NCBI GenBank assembly: GCA_010093705.1
Contig: MU006092.1
Span: forward strand, 1,516,111-1,580,110
Direction of reading: 5' to 3'
Length of the DNA: 64,000 nucleotides
DNA from: Patellaria atrata CBS 101060
Taxonomy: Eukaryota
Below the pieces are notes generated by a model that was not told the DNA's origin, searched no databases, and was given only the letters and a program-made list of their open reading frames with translations. The position numbers were made by a program, and so were the translations under genes. This document shows positions 35,907-47,212 of the stretch, piece by piece. Every line of letters begins with the position of its first letter. Position 1 is the first letter of the stretch.

Positions 35907-37122
35907 CTATAAATAGTTAGTAGTGGAAAGCTCTTGAAGGTGTCGGTCCTTACCGGCCACCTCTGATGCGGATAATCCATTGAATATATCCCGTGACCGC
36001 ACAAAGTCGACAAAAATGTACGCGGTGTCGTCTCTAAGGAAGTCCCAAATCCGGATAGGAAGAGTAATGTATATATGAGTTGTCCTGCCTCCTTCTAGTA
36101 CGCTATGTATCTCTATAGACCGCGATGGCCTGTTAAATGCCATATTCCAGATATACACTTCTGTGTATTTCTTCAAGCGGCAGTCTGGTTTTGACGAGCA
36201 ACTAATTTTGAGCAATACGCGAATATCAAAGCCATCCATGATAGGACTATCCATTAACTCGGTCCGCGCCCTTTGTTTATGGTTCATCACTGGCGCTATA
36301 AATAAACTCTTACACCTTTGGTACACTTGGTGTATCGGTATCGGTTGATTTCTCTGCCTATTCCATTTCGCAACTAGCATCGCGTGTATCTCCGCAACGG
36401 TTACCGGTACACCATCCATTCGCTTCAAAAATTCGGTGAGTGCAGGGATCATTGAGAGCCACTGACAAGTAGGTACTCCAGAATCCGACCAGGACGCAGT
36501 TGCTAGTGTCTCGCACATTGGCATCATGTTTATCCCTGTAGCATATGCACAGTCCATTATATACATTACAGGGCTAGGTGAAATTCGATTGACCACTCGC
36601 TGCTCCGGCCAGTTAAGTCTTGAGCTTGTAATGCTGCCAGTTTTGTCCTGTTTCCCCCTAGCAAACGTTAGCGAGTCTATACGTTCAGAAAGACCTATAG
36701 AAACGTAGATGGACTTACCAGATCCAGCAATTGGTGCCTTCAGGAGAACTATACCCAGAGTAGATGAATATCGTAAGGCAACGTACACAGTGTGTTGAGC
36801 CGAACTTGCCTCGAAACTTTGCCATCGCCTTGGCTAATACATCGGTACTACGAGCGTCGATCGGAATAGCGAACTGGGCCGTATGAAATCCGTATCTCCG
36901 CTTCAGTATCTTCTCGAGTTCATACCATCGGGGAAGAACGCTCAGTTCGTCTTTTTCCCAGTGGATGAACAATACGCCTACATGTGAGTACCTGAAATCC
37001 TCATGGACTTTGGAAGACGATTTGCAAATGGCCGCGGCAAGGTCATTCATAAAGACATTTATATTGACACAACAGGATTTTGCGTAAGCTGCACCTGGTC
37101 TAACCGTTGATGTCATTTTCAT
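35907..37122 (-). CDS. Hypothetical protein with a fungal caspase-like (C14/CHAT-type) N-terminal fold (intron 36718-36658)
   Basis: The intron GTAAGT...GCTAAC...TAG joins the two ORFs in frame. The pattern Y..V.VLFIHW..D.L.V...L...YGF....IP...TIFIYSGY...YIMDC.YA resembles the fungal YxGHG/LDCC family. Confidence 0.6.
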
Positions 37123-39448
37123 GCAGTTTCAAATGGGTATCTTATACTGAGAAGTGAAAATAACCAGATTGGAGATAAGATGAGCAGTAAGAAAATGAGG
37201 AATGCAATTCTACATGGAAAAACATCGAGATAAACAAGAGTGGAAAGAGCAAATGTTAATCAAGATATACAAATCTACATTTGGTAACAAGCGAGGATAT
37301 CGATCCCAATGTTGCTTCTTCGCAGGTTTCAACATTACTTCAGTTCCGCGGTCTACTGCACTCAAGTGAAGTCGGATGAAAACGACAAGGATTAATTTAA
37401 ACCTAACGAGAATTGTCTGTATTCATGGTGAGGAGACCATGTCCACGAGAGGATGTACAGTACAGTACACCGCCGGCTTTTTCTTCTACTAACTTCCGTT
37501 AGGGATAGTAGTTTCCTATTACTTGTATGCTCGAAGAACCCAGGACCCAGGACCCATGACGGATGATGTCGGAATGAAACCCACGGTGCAGAAGTTAAGT
37601 AAAGGATTGCTTTAGGAGTACAGAGTAACTTACTCTCTTTTTCTAGTGAGGGAGAATCTGAACTAGGAACTGGGAAGCTAGTGCCGAATCAGCTAGACCG
37701 TCATGGGAGAACTCCAAACTCCCCCGTCGTAGTTTGAACTTCTTTCTTCCCATCTTTTCTCCTTTGTATTCTACGACTTTTTCACGAATTATTGGTAATG
37801 TGTGTATGCGACCATATGAGCAAAAACCTATCGTGCTAGGCGGAAGCCGTTACCGGATCATGAAATTGCCAGCCTTGAACTATTGTTTCATCCTTTTTCC
37901 ACGGCATACCATGCCATGGGGTTCTCATACGATTGTACGAAAAGTTTGTCACCCATTGGAATATATATCAGATGCAATCATCCATTGTCCACCGTCAGCG
38001 GTAATATCATTTGTAACCTCTCGGCTGTTTCCATGTTTTGGAGCGTACACACCACCATCATTGTCACCGATTCCTTCTAGAAATCCATGCGACAGTAGAG
38101 ACAAGTCTTCGCAATTTCATCGGGGTCAAGATTCTATGCACCTACGGAGCATGTCGTTGAAGGATATGTTTACTGTCTCTGAATCTAATCAAAACTCCCA
38201 AAGGAGTTATTGAGTGAATTCAGACCTGCCATCTTCTCGCCACACTTTCAGGGGAATCACCCTTTCTTTCACAACTTCCACACTTGCATCACAGACCTAT
38301 CTGCTTCTCAGTCATCTTTTCTCATATCTGTCCTCAAACATAGGGTTTCATCTCTCAGTATCTTCGCATTTTCTCTCTTTCAGAACGAAGGAATGCCCAA
38401 TGAGGTACCAACTCTTAGGGAAGATCTCCTGGATAGGCTCTCCTTAGCACTCCACGTGCAAGCAGCACAACCCCGGTCATTATTCGACCTTTCGCTACGG
38501 GAGATCAAACGGCACGAAACTCGCTGAAGTTTATCTCAGTGTTGGTGCATTACGAGGAACATTCCAAGGATTCATACGCTTAGAGGTCTTAACTAAATCA
38601 GTATCAATGTTGACATTTTCTAGGCAAGTTTACATGTTTAGTACCCGTAATTATTATTCTCAGAGATGAATTGATTGGGTAACATTTACAAGGAGTCTTG
38701 GTCCTTGGTCCTTGCTGACAGGCTCATAGGCTGAATTCGAGAGCGCATTTGAGCGGGTTTACATAAGCTTTCATTAACATTCTATCTACTGTCAACTAAG
38801 GAATGCATCCCACAGACATTTTCTGTACGCTCTCAACTTATTATCTGGACATCACGGTAGTGTAAGTACTGTACAGAATGGATCCATTTTGGATCATCAC
38901 CGCAAAAATAAAAAACATAAAAAAATCTTTTTCCATGCCAATCGAACCGCACATCTTCCTCACTCCCAAGAGACCATGGCTCTAAAGTCCATGAGGGGTT
39001 TTTTTCTTTCCTATGAAGGCAACTCTATCGCTTTACTCCGTAAAGGGTCAGCTAGTAGAAATTCTGGACTAATAAGTTACACCTGGACTACAAGTGACAC
39101 TCGCCACAAGGCACGGCAGCTCATATCCTTGACATCTTGGCTGAGCAAGTTTACATGCCAAGATTGAAAGAATTAACCAGCTCATAGACGATAATATACA
39201 ATCCGAGTATCTAGATCTTACGCCTCCAGAAGGTTAGTGACATCTATTTCAAAAGCTCGTCTCCTATTCGACCGAGAATACAGGTAGGTTACTTCTTTTC
39301 TTTTAAGTCCTGTCACACTACACTCACTGGCGGCTCTCCTATACAAATCCACGGTCTTGGAAGAGCCAAAGACGTCTTTTTCTCGTCTTCATAAGAGACG
39401 GGTCTCCCTTCCTGTCCCTTTGCGCATCAAAGTCAACAATCAGCAAAG

Positions 39449-41613
39449 ATGAGGTCTCTACTCGCTATATGTCTCCTTGGGAGTTCAATCCCTCTTGCAA
39501 CAGCATTCGTCGGCCTTGGAAAGATGATGTACAAACCTTCTTGTGCTTACGCGTGCCGTGCCGCTATAGAATCGGCAACACTATCATGCTCAGAAGAAGG
39601 ACATAGTCATGGAGGCCATATGGGACACGGTGGTGGGATGATGACGACCCCAGAATGCCGAGCGGGAGATACACCCTTCCTCACTACATTGGCTTATTGC
39701 ATCAACTCTACATGTGAGGAATTCGATGTCGACTTCTGGAAGTTGGAGAAGTACTGGCACGATAAGACGACTGGCGACGTGGCAGCTGTGCCGAAGTGGA
39801 CGTATGGAGAAGCAGTCCTAGAAGCTGGGAGGAATCCGCCGGAGACAGAATGGGATGGAGAGTCTACTCTGAACTTTACTGCCCTTGTGCCGAAAGAGTC
39901 GTGGATCGCGCAGAAGATGACCTTGGAGTATTTCGAGGAGCAGGAGACGCTGCATGCAAGATATGGGTTCGTTGACACTCGCTACAATCTTTATATCGAT
40001 CAAATACTGACATCAGAGACAGTGTCGTACTCCTCGTCACTGGTTTCGCCATCCCGATAGTGTTCACTCTCATCAACTACCTCCCTTTCATGACCGCACT
40101 CCTGGAACGTCTAAGCCCATACATCATCTATCCCTCCCTTATCGGTAACTATCACGTCCGTCCTCTTCCCTACCTCCTCGGCAATGCCCCGACTATTGGC
40201 CAGTCTCTCTACATCTTTTTCTTCTTCTCCCTCAACATCCTCTTGAGTGCAGTCGAGTACCGTTCCACCCAACCAAACACCTGGTTCGCAACCCGCTGGC
40301 AAGAAATCGCCGGCTACGTCTCCTGCCGCACCGGTGTCCTGGCCTTCGCTCTCGCTCCGCTAGTCATTCTGTTCGCGGGACGGAATAACTTTCTATTATG
40401 GGTCACGAACTGGAGCCACTCGACGTTCATGCTGCTGCACCGGTGGGTAGCAAGGATCTTCGGTCTCCAAGTTATCGTCCACTCTATCGTCGAACTCGCG
40501 CTGTATATCGACAACGGGTCGTTCAAAGAGGAAACGGTCCAACCGTATTGGATCTGGGGCATCGTCGGCACACTAGCCTGCTCCATCATGCTCATAGCCA
40601 GCATGCTCTATTTCCGCCGCCTCTCCTACGAAGTCTTCCTCCTCATCCACATCTTGCTCGCCGTCTTCGTCCTCGTCGGGAGCTGGTACCACGTGGACTT
40701 CCTCTTCGAGAACCGCTGGGGCTACAAGTACTGGCTGTACGCCGCCTTCGCCGTGTGGGCCTTCGACCGCATCCTCCGCCTCCTCCGCATCGCCAAGACC
40801 GGCATCAAGACGGCCAAGGTGACGGACGTCGGCGACGGCATTGTGAGGATCGACATCCCCGGCGTCCGATGGGCCACGGTCCCGGGACGGCACGCGTACG
40901 CTTACTTCCCCGCCATCAGCGGCTGGAGGCCGTGGGAAAATCACCCCTTCTCCATCATTCCCAGCGCGATGCTGCATCCCTCCGCCACTTCCCCCGTCAC
41001 CGCTCCTAACACCAACGCCGCCACAGCCACATCCTCTGCTCCCTCCTCCGTCTCCGAAACAAGCGACCCCGAAAAAGCCCTCCCGCACACGCACACCAAA
41101 CCTCTCTCCTCCCCCCACCGCCCCGCATCCCCTACCCCTGCCTCTGGAGTGACCCTCTACATCCGCAAGTCCACAGGGACAACGCAGCACCTAGTCGACA
41201 GCACCCGCATGACCGCCGTCCTCGACGGACCGTACCCGAACAGCGACACCGCGGCCGTACTAAGCTGTGACCGACTGATCCTCATCGGCGGGGGGATCGG
41301 GATCACGGCGCTTTTACCCTTCCTAGGCGCGCACGCGAACGCGAAGTTATATTGGAGTGTCCGTGCCGCTGGGGCGGGGTTGGTGCAGGAATTAGCGTCT
41401 GCGCTGGAAGGTAGGGAGAAGGAGGTTGTTGTGGGGAGTCGGTTGGATGTCGAAGGGGTGCTGGCTGTGGAAGCGCAGGGGGGCTGGGAGAGGATTGGGG
41501 TCGTGGTTTGTGGACCCGGTGGTCTGTGTGATGGGGTTAGGGATGCGGTGGCTAGGGCAGGGAGGAAGGGGAGGCCGACGTGGGAGTTGGAGGTTGAGGC
41601 TTATAGTTGGTAG
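39449..41613 (+). CDS. Ferric/cupric reductase transmembrane component (FRE family; intron 39967-40022)
   Basis: Signal peptide and Cys-rich N-domain; heme-ligand His motifs LLHRWVAR...IVHS and LIHILLA...WYH; FAD motif HPFS; DGPY; NADPH motif GGGIGIT; CGP and terminal EAYSW. Confidence 0.93.
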
Positions 41614-42017
41614 GGTTGATACAAGCAGTGGAGCCGTTTGAAATTTATGTTATCCCCCCGCTACTTCTTAAATTACTAACGGTGAAGAGAAATTGCTTCT
41701 TGGCATTGAGCTATGGGACGAGATGTATAAAGTTGGGAACTTGAGTATGTTATTTTACTAACGATCCTCGGAACCAGTGTAAACGCACCAAGCCAATGCA
41801 CCGATGCCAAATCCATATAAAGCATGCTTGTATGCGAGAGAAGACGGAGAGAGATGATAGTGAAAGAGACATGCATATTGAGAAATCAACAATAGTATCA
41901 AATACATGTCATCCAAAATGTTTCAGAAAAACAGGAGAACAACCCTAACGCCAAATCAAATGCAATCAAAGCAGATCTCCTCTCCATACATACCTTATTT
42001 CTCATCCCCATTCCTTA

Positions 42018-44015
42018 CTATCCAGAAGCCGCAACACCATCAGTACCACCATACCTCCTCCCTCTCGTTTCCCCATTGCTCTCACCATTAAGTAACCCCT
42101 CTCTCTCGCCCCCCGCAGCCGCTGGAATCCTCCTTTCCTCTGCATCTTGCGCTTCAGCCTCCAACCCACTCCTCCCCATCTTCTTACTCTTCCGCCATAC
42201 ATACCCCACCAGTGCTACTCCCACAACTAGTGCAGTGCCCAGAAGGATCAAGTTGACGGGGACGGGGTTGGAGTCGAAAGCCTGGTGCGTGAGGGCGTCG
42301 AGGCCGGATTGGGAGAAGTTGAATAAGCCGGCCAAGCAGATTATGAGACCGTAGACTTTGCCGAAGGTTGCGAAGCCGAAGACTTTGGCGGCGTAATCGC
42401 TGTTGATCGGTCAGTACTGTTGCTGGGCGCGTTTACGGGGTCGAATAAGGGCCTAGAAGGTATTAAAGGAGGGCAAAAGGAAAACCGGAGCTTACGAAAC
42501 AGTTGTATAATAAAGTGGCCTATACACCACAAACAAACACACATTGGCATATGCGGCCCACATCTGCGGAATGACCCCGAGTATTCCAATCATCGTGGCA
42601 ATCGTAACCAGCAACCCGAGCACGAAAGTCGTACTCGAATTATCCAATATTAACCCAATGAAAGGCACCGAGATAACACCACCAAGCGGCAAGGCAACGT
42701 CGAAAAATGTATTAACCTGTACCGCTTTACTATAGTCCCCAAGGAGGTATTCATATTGGGGCCGTATCGTCGCGACGAAGTAATTGATCCGCGTCATCTG
42801 GACGACGGTAAAGAGCGTGACGAGCACGAACCAGGGGCTCATAATCTGTTGGAGAGCTGTTTTGCCGTGCATGGCGCCCCAGACGCCGGACTTGTGTTTC
42901 TTCTTTTCTTCTTTTTGGGTTTGCTCCACCGCGTCTTTACTCCCGAGTAGTTCCGTGATCTCGGAGACGATGGACTCGCGGTGCTCACGGCGCTCAGCGC
43001 GAAGACGCTCGATGGTTGCGCTGTCCTCTGCTCGTGCGAGGAGGTCCGAGTCGGAGTGGGCCAGGCCGTTGTCTTCGGCTTGAACGACGAGCTCACCTAC
43101 CGTTTTGTAGCTCTTCTCCGGCATAACTAGCAATTGTACAATTAGGATATACGCCGGGACAACCAAATATGCAAGAAAGAACTTCTTGGGCCAAAAGCTG
43201 CCGCCAGACGCTTGATAGATCAACCTATAGAATAGGAAGATCGCACTACTGGTGTCGAACGCGCCGGTCAGGAGCGCGAGAATGAGACCAGAGTATCGCG
43301 GAAAGGCATTTGAAAGCTGGAAGGAAGAGATGAAGATGAAGGGTCCCGCGAGTGCAAGGAAAAGATAGCCCGGAATGTAACCGTCGAAGGGCATTTGAAA
43401 GGCAAAGGCGAAAAAGAGACAACCAGCCGTCAGGAAAAACACTCCGACTAACCCGGAAACACGAGGGCCATACCGGTCTAGGATAGTACCTACGGGGAGA
43501 GCGGCGACGTTGGTGGAGACAGCGGCAACAGTGAACATGAAGTTCAAACTGGTGGAAGAAAGTGAGTTCTTGACTGATGTTGGCAGATGAGGTCTAGGAA
43601 ACGTACCTGATCTCTTGGTAGAAGCATACTCTGACTCCATCTTCAATTTCTTGTTCTGTGCACTTTTCTCTGTAGACTTCTTCTTTGATGAGGACCGGTT
43701 TGATGGCCGCATAACCAAACACGATTCCGGCAGCAAAGAGACAGTATATCACAGCACAGATTATCTGCACTGCACCGATCACATATTAGCATCTTCATTC
43801 CTCTTATAGTGTTTGAATTGAAAAATTTAGATTCACTAACCTATCCTCTTCGCCTTTGAAACCTCAAAAGCCGCAACTGGATTTTCTTCGTTCATTGGTG
43901 GTAACCAGGTGTTCACGGGATTGAAACTCAACTTTCTATTCTGCCCCCCATTAGGACTCAAATCTCGCCATCGATCATACTCCTCGAGCGTCGAGACACG
44001 CTCAGCGAGAGACAT
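42018..44015 (-). CDS. FMP42: MFS transporter of FMP42/SLC43 (LAT3) type, 4 exons
   Basis: Exons give CLFAAGIVFGYAAIKPVL, LPVGTILDRYGPR, ALLTGAFDTSS, QMTRINYF, YRPLYYT and DYAAKVFGFATFGKVYG. ATG at 44015. Confidence 0.88.
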
Positions 44016-44882
44016 GATGGAGTATACAGCAACCCCGCACAAAAAAGATTTACGGGATGTTACGATATATAGCGATTTCGGAGATAAAAGATGGTGGGAG
44101 GGATGTATCTAGCTCTGAAGTATCAGGTGGTTGGAATACTTAAAGTAGAGCTTGTCAATTGGACAAAGATGATAGGTGAATGCGGTGGCGACTGGGCGAA
44201 TAGCTCTCTCCTCTCTCCCCTTTCACTCCTCCTCTTTAACCTAGTTCTAATGCAAGGAGCAGAAGATTTAGGACAATTGGAAAAATGCTCCTTACTGGAG
44301 CTGAGTACTGTGAAAAAGCTGAATGACTTAAAAGAAGACTTAGCTGTCCTGTATTTTTGAAATCCGGTCAGAAATGGACAAAAGGGAAAGAAAGTACAAA
44401 AGATGAAGACGAGTTTGGGAGGCGGGGGGCAAGCAGAAGCTCAATCTGCAGGGTGAGGTCAAAATTTTGCCTTGGCTTTGGTGGCAGTTCCGATAACACT
44501 AGAACTATAAAAACTACCGGTATCAAGCCTCAAATCTTTTAGCACTAGAACGGATATCGTGGGAGATGGATGTGATGGAGACTGATAGTGATAAGGATTT
44601 GTTACTAACTGCGATTTCTGCTGTATGAAGATCGGATGAAGCAGATGGCTTCCTCTCTATTTCCAACGCGATGGATCTTAGGTTGGATCGTTAAAAGGTG
44701 CAAGGTCAGATATAAACCCTGAACAAAATATGCAAAAGTTATGCAACGTGATACAAAAGAATAGAGGGGTAGCTCTTGCTTGGCTTGGTGGGGTTACCGC
44801 GAAACTCGGCATCAGTCAATTACTGAAAACGGCAGTATTTACTTTAGATTATCAGGAATGAGCGCAAAAATCCTAGTTCAAA

Positions 44883-45000
44883 AGTCCTGTGACGCAGTGG
44901 TTAGCGTGTCGTTCTTATATTTACGTTCCTCGCTTGCGAGGTTGTATGTATGACCATTGTGGTAATGCGAAAGTCGCGGGTTCAAGTCCCGCCAGGACTA
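44883..45000 (+). tRNA. tRNA-Ile (anticodon UAU) with 45-nt intron at 44920-44964
   Basis: Acceptor stem AGTCCTG/CAGGACT plus discriminator A; D arm ACGC/GCGT; CT-TAT-A anticodon loop followed by the intron; T arm GCGGG-TTCAAGT-CCCGC. Mature length 73 nt, with a T-run terminator about 10 nt downstream. Confidence 0.95.
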
Positions 45001-45561
45001 GGGCTTATCTTTTTGCTTTTTCATCCTCCAGTATATGTGAATTTGTTGTTGAGTTCCAAGGTGGTTGGATTATTGATATTTTTTGGTGGATTCGGGGAAC
45101 TGGAGAAGCAGGCGGGTAGGTAATTAAAAGAGGCTTGGCGTAAGAGATAATCGATTTGGGGTGGAGCGGAGTTGTAGATGGCATTCTCACTTTTTTTAAT
45201 ATCATAACGGAATCAGACTAAGAAAAGATTGAATCAGGTTAATCTCAGATAGGGCTAGAAGATAATCTTTGCAAATATCGTATATATGTATACCTTATAT
45301 ATCATTAGCTTGACTCAGTCTATGCTGTAGAAACTCTCAAAGTCTCAAGAAGAAAAAAACAAAAACACCATTCCATGCACCTTATCGCCCAAGATGCTAT
45401 AAACCAAATACGATATGTGCGAACGAAAGACAATCTTTCCCACAACGCCACGCTATGCAATGCTAATCACCATATCACCATCCTCAAAACCCGTCGCGAG
45501 GAGTTATCTGGTCAGTCTTATTACAAAAAATATATTCCACTAGAAAAGTCAAGGATCAAGT

Positions 45562-46791
45562 CTAACCATAAAACCTCATCGCATGCCGTCTCTGTGCATG
45601 TCTCACAATATCCTCTCTAATCGGTTGGGCATGGACAAGTTCATCTTCCGGTTCGATGACATCGCGTTTCTGCACGCTACCCGTTGCTTGAGGACGCGGG
45701 AGGGTGATGGTCTCGACGAGTGTCACGACCATCGTGGTGTATTCTTGAGACTGCGATGATGCGGGGGATAGTGTTGTCGTTGGCAAGACAGCAGGATCAG
45801 AGCTGACGGCAGGAACAGAGGACGGCCTTGTCGCAAGAGTTGTTGAGGCAACAGGAGCGGTTGGCACAGCGAAACCTGGTGGTGTAGTAGCTGCTGGTGC
45901 AGTGCGAGCGAAGGTGTAATCTTTGAGCGGATCTGTTGTCAAGGCCTTGCGGTTCTTGTAAGCAGAGACAGCAGCAGTTTGAGGATCCTGTTGAATCATA
46001 GGGTTCTTCGGTGCACCTTGAGGTTTCTCCGCGACGATATCGACATCAGAACAGGTGGTATAGTACTCGTCTTTGCCCCTGGGGATGTTGGGATCGATAC
46101 CGGGTAGGGTTGGCCACTGCCAGACCCAGTAGAGTGTCATAGTTGTCCCGACTTGGGCGTCTGTTGGCATCAAAACATCCGTTTCGCAGAACTGTTCGTG
46201 TGGGGCAATGTTTGATCCATCGCGAGCCGCAGCCGCTTCTTGGCGCGCGATCGCTACAGGGGAGTTGTTCAGTTGGTAGCATCGGCCATCATCGTAGTTA
46301 TTGGCTGCCAGGAGTTTGCCACGCTTATCACCACCGCTGCCGTCCTTGGTCCACCTCATAACCTCAACGATCTTCTCATCTGTTTTGGGTTGAGTTGTGC
46401 CAAAGACGAAGACAGTGCCACCACCCTCTGGTTTTCCAATGTTATTATCACGAAGTGAGACGTGGCCGTTCTCCGCATACTTCATTGCGATCCATTGACC
46501 GGGAGGAACCTTGAGACGAGGGAACCCATTGTTCTGTTTAGGGTTTTGTTGTGAAGGGCGGCAAAGAGGAGAGGCCTCAGTGATGCGGTCGTCGACATTG
46601 GGGACTAGGAAGTTGTTGACCGCAGCGTCGAAACCGGGGGCACCGCGTTCGTGGAAATCCCGCGGATAACCATTTTGGCCGACATACTTGCCATCAGGGC
46701 CGATAGCAGTGAGCTGATCAAGCCAAGTATGGGCGAGGGCTCCGGAAGAGAGGAGAGAGAGAAGCGAAAACTTGAGCAATGAAGGCCGCAT
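45562..46791 (-). CDS. Secreted protein with N-terminal His (LPMO-like, DUF7492-type) and a Ser/Thr/Pro-rich tail
   Basis: Signal peptide ends at ALA/H-TWLDQL. Motifs YAENGHV, YWVWQWP and EYYTTCSD; low-complexity STP C-terminal region. Single 409-aa ORF. Confidence 0.8.
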   Translation of the reverse strand: MRPSLLKFSLLSLLSSGALAHTWLDQLTAIGPDGKYVGQNGYPRDFHERGAPGFDAAVNNFLVPNVDDRITEASPLCRPSQQNPKQNNGFPRLKVPPGQWIAMKYAENGHVSLRDNNIGKPEGGGTVFVFGTTQPKTDEKIVEVMRWTKDGSGGDKRGKLLAANNYDDGRCYQLNNSPVAIARQEAAAARDGSNIAPHEQFCETDVLMPTDAQVGTTMTLYWVWQWPTLPGIDPNIPRGKDEYYTTCSDVDIVAEKPQGAPKNPMIQQDPQTAAVSAYKNRKALTTDPLKDYTFARTAPAATTPPGFAVPTAPVASTTLATRPSSVPAVSSDPAVLPTTTLSPASSQSQEYTTMVVTLVETITLPRPQATGSVQKRDVIEPEDELVHAQPIREDIVRHAQRRHAMRFYG

Positions 46792-47024
46792 ATTGAGGTA
46801 TAGAGAAGTATAAGTATAGAGTTTGGATATCTTTAGACTTGCGCTGCGAGAATCTCTAAAGTGACTTGTTCAGAAAGGGTACAAAAAGTAGATTTCGTGG
46901 TCGAGGTACGAGTTGTGCTCTCAGGATAGATGTTTCTGATGTTTGATGCGGTCGACGCTGATATTTAGAAGTAGATGTGCTCTTATAAGTCTATGATAAA
47001 AGATATGTTGTAGAAAGAAACAAC

Positions 47025-47212
47025 ATTGTCAAGGCCAGCATGACAATGAACAAAGAGTGAGCGATAGTAACAATGGCGATTCAACAAAGGTCATTGTTGA
47101 AGTGGGCCGTGGCCATTGTCAGCAGTTCAGAGAACGTGAACAATGGGGAGGTCGATGACAATGAGACAATAGACAGCGGGTGAGGGGGGGTTTTGAGGAG
47201 GACAATAACAAT
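47025..47212. promoter_or_regulatory. Cluster of ACAAT/ACAAAG motifs resembling HMG-box binding sites
   Basis: Ten ACAAT/ATTGT and two ACAAAG within about 190 bp, 230-420 bp upstream of the ATG at 46791. Confidence 0.5.

Noticed and set aside
40398..41190. ORFs of about 200 aa overlapping the reductase
   Set aside because: Alternative-frame products of GC-rich codon usage.
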